DNA from: Acidaminococcaceae bacterium
GTDB lineage: Bacteria; Bacillota; Negativicutes; Acidaminococcales; Acidaminococcaceae
NCBI GenBank assembly: GCA_029004715.1
Contig: JAQVYX010000002.1
Coordinates: 2,664 to 66,663 of the forward strand
Reading direction: 5' to 3'
DNA: 64,000 bases
Positions 59,042 through 64,000 of this stretch are shown here, one piece after another. The position numbers were made by a program, and so were the translations under genes. The notes below the pieces were generated by a model. It saw only the letters and a program-made list of their open reading frames with translations, was not told where the DNA came from and did no database searches. How positions within the stretch are numbered: the stretch's first letter is position 1; the number at the start of each line of letters is the position of its first letter.

Positions 59042-59476
59042 CTATTTACCATAACCTGCGCCACCTTCGGCCAAATCAGTGGCCGTTTTAGCATTTATAG
59101 TACCACGACCGTCAGTAATAGCATAAGTCGCATCGTCAGGGATTGTTACCGTAGTTGTTGGCTTAGCTGGGAAAACAGCACTACCTTTTGCAGGTACTGG
59201 CCAAGCAGCCAAAAGTTGAAATGTTGTTGGAGTATCTCCGGTTGCTGCAGTAGTTAAGTCGGTGTCAGCTGTTGGTAACTTTCCAGTCTTAGCATTATAA
59301 ATAACAATAGCACTGTCGATAGTTCTTAAATCTGCAACAATTCTTGCTCCGCGGGCTGTAGCAGTAGCATTTAGAAATCTAGGAATCGCAATACCGGCTA
59401 AAATACCTAAAATAGCAATGACAATAACAAGTTCGATCAATGTAAAACCTTTTTTACCTTTAATTAAATTTTTCAT
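59042..59476 (-). CDS. pilA: Type IV major pilin (PilA-like)
   Basis: MKNLIKGKKG|FTLIELVIVIAILGILAGIAIPRF class III signal with Glu5; 144 aa; own promoter and terminator. Confidence 0.88.
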   Translation of the reverse strand: MKNLIKGKKGFTLIELVIVIAILGILAGIAIPRFLNATATARGARIVADLRTIDSAIVIYNAKTGKLPTADTDLTTAATGDTPTTFQLLAAWPVPAKGSAVFPAKPTTTVTIPDDATYAITDGRGTINAKTATDLAEGGAGYGK

Positions 59477-59543
59477 TCATATTCCTCCTTCAATTTTCCT
59501 AATGTTTTCTGCTCATGCAAAACTCACTTGGCTTTATTTCTAT

Positions 59544-59571
59544 ATAATACCATTAATTAATTAAAAGTCAA
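59544..59571 (-). promoter_or_regulatory. Strong sigma-A-type promoter for the pilin gene (TTGACT, 16 nt, TGgTATTAT)
   Basis: Minus strand reads TTGACTtttaattaattaaTGgTATTAT about 65 nt upstream of the pilin ATG; the -35 hexamer spans the boundary between an arm and the loop of the palindrome below. Confidence 0.5.
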
Positions 59572-59592
59572 CTTTTTTTTAATTAATTAATG
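59551..59592. repeat. Perfect 16-bp inverted repeat (CATTAATTAATTAAAA / TTTTAATTAATTAATG) with a 10-nt spacer
   Basis: Arms at 59551-59566 and 59577-59592 are exact reverse complements; located between pilC and pilA. Confidence 0.9.
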
Positions 59593-59673
59593 TTGTATTT
59601 TGAAAAAAAAATATGTGTAAATTTATTGAAAATGATTTAAGCTGCACAAAGGGCTTCATGTAAATGATTATGC

Positions 59674-60903
59674 TTACAAATTACCTACCTTAGTGACTAT
59701 ATCGAACATGGGAAGTAACATAGCAATGGCAATAAAACCAACCACAAACCCCATAATTACAATGAGGAAAGGTTCTAAAAGTACCTGCAGCCTGCCCATC
59801 ATATCATCAACTTCATTACCATAGAAAGTAGCGATTTTGTCCAACATATAATCTAAAGAACCTGTCTCTTCGCCCACCGCAATCATATTTACCACCATAG
59901 GAGGAAAAAGTCGGCTTTTCTTTAGTGGTTCAGCTAGCCCCCGACCTTTTTGCACATTGCCACGAGCTTCCAGCAAAACCTTTTCCGCTTGCAAATTGCC
60001 GGTAGCTTTACTTACCACTGTTAGAGCTGTCAAAATAGGAACTCCACTGCGAGATAAACCGGCAAAAGTAGTAGCAAAACGAGTGATAATTATTTTTTTG
60101 TATATCTGGCCCAAAACCGGAAATTTTAAAACCCAAGTATCTCGCCAAAGACAAAAGGCTGGTCTTTTACAAGCTTGTTTATAACCACAAACACAACCAA
60201 CTACCAACGATAGTATAATCCCCAAACCTATGCCACTTTGTATAAAGTTACTTATTTCCATAACAACTTTTGTAGGCCAAGGCAAAGGAGTGTGCAGAGC
60301 CGTAAATAAATTTGTAAAAATGGGCATGACAAATGTTAGAATAATAGCCACCGCCAACACTGCCACGCACAGAACAACTCCCGGATAAATTAAGGCCGAG
60401 CGCAGTTTAGCATTAAGACGATAATCCTTCTCATACTGGTTTGCTAACTGGTTAAGGACTGTTTCCAAAATACCACCGGTTTCTCCTGCCGTCAGCATAT
60501 GAATCATTAGTGAATTGAAAACCTTAGGATATAAGTTCATTGCCTCAGACAAGGACGCTCCCCTATGCACATCTTGAGCAACGCCACTCAGAACGGTTTT
60601 TAGTTTGCTATTGTCTGTTTGCTCGATAATAATATCCATAGCACTTACCAAAGCCACGCCCGCACCAACTAGGGTGGCAAACTGACGGCAAAATATGGCT
60701 ACATCATACTGGGTAATTTGGGGTTCCAGCCAGCTGGACCAAAAATATTTTTTTTGCTTGTTGGTTTTGGTTATATTGGTAACAAGAAGGCCTTGATTGC
60801 GAACATAGGAAGCTACTGCCGCTTCATTAGCAGCATTAATGATACCAACCACTATTTCTCCCGTTCTTCTTCTTGCTTTAAAATTAAAGCTTTCCACATC
60901 CAA
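59674..60903 (-). CDS. pilC: Type IV pilus platform protein PilC (GspF family)
   Basis: 409 aa; two T2SSF repeats; N-terminus FNFKARRRTGEIVVG; 3 TM segments. Confidence 0.92.
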   Translation of the reverse strand: MDVESFNFKARRRTGEIVVGIINAANEAAVASYVRNQGLLVTNITKTNKQKKYFWSSWLEPQITQYDVAIFCRQFATLVGAGVALVSAMDIIIEQTDNSKLKTVLSGVAQDVHRGASLSEAMNLYPKVFNSLMIHMLTAGETGGILETVLNQLANQYEKDYRLNAKLRSALIYPGVVLCVAVLAVAIILTFVMPIFTNLFTALHTPLPWPTKVVMEISNFIQSGIGLGIILSLVVGCVCGYKQACKRPAFCLWRDTWVLKFPVLGQIYKKIIITRFATTFAGLSRSGVPILTALTVVSKATGNLQAEKVLLEARGNVQKGRGLAEPLKKSRLFPPMVVNMIAVGEETGSLDYMLDKIATFYGNEVDDMMGRLQVLLEPFLIVIMGFVVGFIAIAMLLPMFDIVTKVGNL

Positions 60904-60918
60904 AACCCCCTAAATGCA

Positions 60919-61983
60919 CTAAATACCGGAAGCAAATCTTTCAAAATCTTTTTGTTCTACACAACGCTGTTGTGCAACTTCCTTGTCCACAATATGCATA
61001 CGCACTAATTTGCCAAGAGCAGCATCCATACTAGTCATCCCATATTGGGCCCCGGTTTGAATATAAGATTGCAATTGGTGGGTCTTACCCTCACGAATAA
61101 GGTTGCGCAAAGCCGGCGTAGCTACCAAAATTTCAAAAGCGCCAACTCTGGAATTACCTGTAACTGTTGGCAACAGTTGCTGAGCAACTATGCCCTGCAG
61201 CGTTGATGCCAATTGTACCCGTATCTGCTGTTGTTGATGCTCCGGGAAAACGTCAATAATACGATTAACAGTCTGGGCGGCATCTGCCGTATGCAAAGTT
61301 GCTAGGACTAAATGACCGGTTTCCGCAGCCGTAATAGCAATACCTATAGTTTCAGCATCACGCATTTCTCCCACCAAAATAACATCGGGATCTTCACGCA
61401 AGGCCGCACGTAACCCATTCGTAAAGGTTAAGGTATCAGAATTTACCTCTCGTTGATTAACAATACTATTTAAATGGGTGTAGCGATACTCTATAGGATC
61501 TTCTAGCGTAATAATATGCTCCTTTTTATTTTGGTTAATATAATTAATCATAGCCGCCAAAGTGGTAGATTTACCACTACCGGTAGGTCCCGTTACCAGC
61601 ACAAGTCCCCTGGGCAATTTAGCAAAAGAAGCTAAAATAGGCGGTAAATGCAAATCTTCAAACGTAGGGATAACCGTCGGTATTAAACGCACCGCTGCAG
61701 CTACAAACCCATTTTGCCTGAATACATTTATGCGAAAGCTGCTTACATTGGTAATCGTGTGTGAAAAATCAACTTCGCCTTTTTCTCTGAAAATAATTGC
61801 ATGTTTTTCATCTAACAACTCATCTGCTAACAATAACATATCTTTACTATCTAACTCTGCCATATCTAGACGCTTAAGTTTACCATTAATACGAAAAACC
61901 GGTGGCAGACCCACAGTTAAATGCACATCTGAAGCCTTAGCTTCCACAGCCTGCATTAATATCTTATCAATTCCTACCATCAT
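60919..61983 (-). CDS. pilT: Type IV pilus retraction ATPase PilT
   Basis: Walker A GPTGSGKST; PilT-specific ALRNLIREGK (AIRNLIRE) motif. ATG 61981-61983 follows GAGGGG and overlaps the pilB TGA. Confidence 0.93.
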   Translation of the reverse strand: MMVGIDKILMQAVEAKASDVHLTVGLPPVFRINGKLKRLDMAELDSKDMLLLADELLDEKHAIIFREKGEVDFSHTITNVSSFRINVFRQNGFVAAAVRLIPTVIPTFEDLHLPPILASFAKLPRGLVLVTGPTGSGKSTTLAAMINYINQNKKEHIITLEDPIEYRYTHLNSIVNQREVNSDTLTFTNGLRAALREDPDVILVGEMRDAETIGIAITAAETGHLVLATLHTADAAQTVNRIIDVFPEHQQQQIRVQLASTLQGIVAQQLLPTVTGNSRVGAFEILVATPALRNLIREGKTHQLQSYIQTGAQYGMTSMDAALGKLVRMHIVDKEVAQQRCVEQKDFERFASGI

Positions 61984-61984
61984 A

Positions 61985-63664
61985 TCACCCCTCACTAAAT
62001 GCTACCCGCACTAGTTCGTCTATTGTGGTCTGGCCGTTTAGTGCTTTGGCTATACCATCTTCTCGAATAGTAGCCGTACCTTGTTTTTGGGCTAGTGCAA
62101 AAATTTCCTGGTCCGGAGCATGCTGCATAATTAATTTTTTCATTTCCGGTAGTATGGGCATAACTTCATGAATAGCTAAGCGCCCACTATATCCTGTGTA
62201 TTTACACTGAGCACATCCCTCGCCTTTATATAAAACTAATGGTTCGTTTGCGCCCACGCCTAAAAGTATTCTTTCGTCAGAATCAGGACCTGGAGTATAT
62301 TGTTTTTTGCAATCGGGGCAAATACGACGAACAAGACGTTGAGCCACAACACCGCGCACAGCAGACACAATTAAAAATGGTTCTATACCCATATCCAGTA
62401 ATCTAGTAATAGCACCGGGGGCATCATTAGTATGCAAAGTAGATAAAACCAAGTGACCTGTGAGAGCCGCATTAATAGTTATTTCAGCTGTTTCCGTATC
62501 ACGAACCTCACCTACCATAATGATGTTAGGATCTTGCCGTAAAATAGTCCTTAGCCCGTTAGCAAAAGTCAACCCAGCCTTGTTATTTACAGAAACTTGA
62601 TTCACGCCGGCAATACGATATTCAACGGGGTCTTCTACCGTAATGATGTTTTTTGTAACACTGTTTAGTTCCATTAAGGTTGCATACAAGAGAGTCGACT
62701 TACCGCTACCGGTAGGACCTGTGGCCAGCACTAAGCCATAAGAATTACTAATCATTTTTTTATATATTTCTAGGTTTTTTGCAGAAAAACCCAATTCATT
62801 CATTTTGATATCTACGGCGTCTTTGTCCAAAATACGCATTACTACCTTCTCGCCTAAAATTGTAGGCAATGTCGAAACACGTACGTCAATTTCACGGCCA
62901 TGTTTCATTATTTTAATGCGGCCATCTTGAGGCAAACGTTTTTCTGCGATATCCATTTCAGCCATTATTTTAATACGTGATAACAATGATGCTTGCGTAC
63001 TCCTAGGAAAGGTAATAACTTCTCGTAAAACCCCATCTACCCTAAAACGTACCCGAACCTTGTCTTCCTCAGGCTCAACATGTACATCACTTGCCTTATC
63101 GTGCACTGCCTGATCTAGCAGCGAATTAACTATACTAACAATGGGAGCATTTTCTGTGGCATCGGCTAAATCACGAATAGTAGCCGTTACTTCTTCATCT
63201 TTCAATTTGTTAACAGCGTTTTCCACTCTTCCTTTAACACCATAGTTGTTATTTATAGCAGCCCTAATATCTTTAGCCTCTGCCAATACCGGTGCAACTT
63301 CCATGCCACTAACCATGCGAACATCATCAATAGCATAGAAATTTGTAGGATCATTCATGGCCAAAACTATACGGTTTTCTTCTATACGCACAGGCATAAC
63401 ATTATACCGCTCTGCTAAAAACAAAGGTACAGCGCTTAAAGCTTCATCTTGTAGTACTACCTCGCTAAGAGATAAAAATGGCACACCCATTTGTTGTTCC
63501 AGCGTATGTAACATTTGTACTTCTGTTACATAACCCAAATCTATTAAAGTTTCGCCTAATCTTTTGCCATTGGTTCTTTGCTCACTTAAGGCATGTTCTA
63601 ATTGTTTTTGGGTAATATCTTGTGCTTCCATAAGTAACTCGCCCAACTTTTTTTTTCTTTCCAC
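61985..63664 (-). CDS. pilB: Type IV pilus assembly ATPase PilB (GspE family) with an MshEN-type N-terminal domain
   Basis: 559 aa; Walker A GPTGSGKST; Asp/His boxes; tetracysteine CPDC...CAQC; N-terminal tandem 24-residue LG..L..-type motifs. Confidence 0.95.
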   Translation of the reverse strand: MERKKKLGELLMEAQDITQKQLEHALSEQRTNGKRLGETLIDLGYVTEVQMLHTLEQQMGVPFLSLSEVVLQDEALSAVPLFLAERYNVMPVRIEENRIVLAMNDPTNFYAIDDVRMVSGMEVAPVLAEAKDIRAAINNNYGVKGRVENAVNKLKDEEVTATIRDLADATENAPIVSIVNSLLDQAVHDKASDVHVEPEEDKVRVRFRVDGVLREVITFPRSTQASLLSRIKIMAEMDIAEKRLPQDGRIKIMKHGREIDVRVSTLPTILGEKVVMRILDKDAVDIKMNELGFSAKNLEIYKKMISNSYGLVLATGPTGSGKSTLLYATLMELNSVTKNIITVEDPVEYRIAGVNQVSVNNKAGLTFANGLRTILRQDPNIIMVGEVRDTETAEITINAALTGHLVLSTLHTNDAPGAITRLLDMGIEPFLIVSAVRGVVAQRLVRRICPDCKKQYTPGPDSDERILLGVGANEPLVLYKGEGCAQCKYTGYSGRLAIHEVMPILPEMKKLIMQHAPDQEIFALAQKQGTATIREDGIAKALNGQTTIDELVRVAFSEG

Positions 63665-63717
63665 ACAGAACCCCCCTTGACCTCTTTATAACAGAACTGT
63701 ATTTATTTTGTAAAAAG

Positions 63718-63746
63718 TTTACCTTTTGCACTAATTATACTATAAT
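63718..63746 (+). promoter_or_regulatory. Putative divergent promoter for the plus-strand ORF (TTTACC, 17 nt, TATAAT)
   Basis: TTTACCttttgcactaattatacTATAAT; its -10 (63741-63746) lies 1 nt from the -10 of the opposing pilB promoter (63734-63739). Confidence 0.4.
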
Positions 63747-63762
63747 ATAACTACAGTAGCAA
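63734..63762 (-). promoter_or_regulatory. Putative pilB operon promoter (TTGCTA, 17 nt, TATAAT)
   Basis: Minus strand reads TTGCTActgtagttatattatagTATAAT about 65 nt upstream of the pilB start. Confidence 0.5.
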
Positions 63763-63797
63763 TTAAACCGAATTGTCGTAAGGATGAAGGAGTCTCT

Positions 63798-64000
63798 ATG
63801 ATAAAGAAAAAACAAGGTAAAATAGACGAAATTAGTTGTACAATACTAGCTGCTTTTATTTTGATGAGCGCAGCACACTTTAATTGTCGTTATAACATTG
63901 GACCGCTAATCGATACATTTTTCCGCGAAGTTTCCGCAGAGCGTCTTATGGTTAATGCCTCTACCCCTTTACCCCTAGCAGCCGATCCGGTTGTAGTACC
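63798..64000 (+). CDS. Hypothetical membrane-anchored protein, N-terminal fragment (runs off the right edge)
   Basis: ATG 63798 after GGATGAAGGAG; MIKKKQGKIDEISCTILAAFILMSAAHF... has one hydrophobic helix; no family recognised. Confidence 0.35.
   Translation, partial: MIKKKQGKIDEISCTILAAFILMSAAHFNCRYNIGPLIDTFFREVSAERLMVNASTPLPLAADPVVV

Noticed and set aside
59477-59673. c-di-GMP riboswitch upstream of the pilus genes (also checked at 63665-63797 and 40828-41110)
   Set aside because: The pilA and pilB leaders are only about 65 nt. I could not recognise GEMM-I or GEMM-II conserved cores in any of the three regions by eye. A covariance-model scan would be decisive.

Overview
AT-rich chromosomal core region of a low-GC Firmicute (Bacillota), probably an anaerobe of the Clostridia or Negativicutes; I cannot assign a genus. 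About 55 protein genes are tightly packed. All are on the minus strand except four complete genes (PBP1A, a carboxyltransferase, pepF, nadE) and one partial ORF at the right edge. The backbone is the conserved Firmicute housekeeping block: ruvCAB, queA, tgt, yajC and secDF, then recJ, relA, dtd, hisS, aspS, 6S RNA, tcdA and rarA. About 30 kb of metabolic, envelope and transport genes lie between secF and recJ. These include an acyl-CoA dehydrogenase, a LarA-like racemase next to an atypical glutamine synthetase, trkH-trkH-trkA, PBP1A, mutS2 and a tandem U32 protein. I found no tRNA or rRNA genes, CRISPR arrays, transposases, integrases, or recognisable defence or toxin genes. The most unusual content is two separate type IV filament loci. 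One is a compact pilB-pilT-pilC-pilA operon (59.0-63.7 kb). The other, about 20 kb away, is a pseudopilus operon with no ATPase: a platform protein plus five pseudopilins (37.0-40.8 kb). Its last cistron encodes a secreted protein carrying a chagasin-type (I42) cysteine-protease-inhibitor domain. Its leader holds a terminator oriented for the opposite strand, which may mark a small RNA. This operon is my best candidate for something undescribed, but the evidence is motif-level and contextual only. Most of the window is ordinary housekeeping DNA. CDS coordinates include stop codons, and several ORF-track starts were moved to starts supported by a Shine-Dalgarno sequence.
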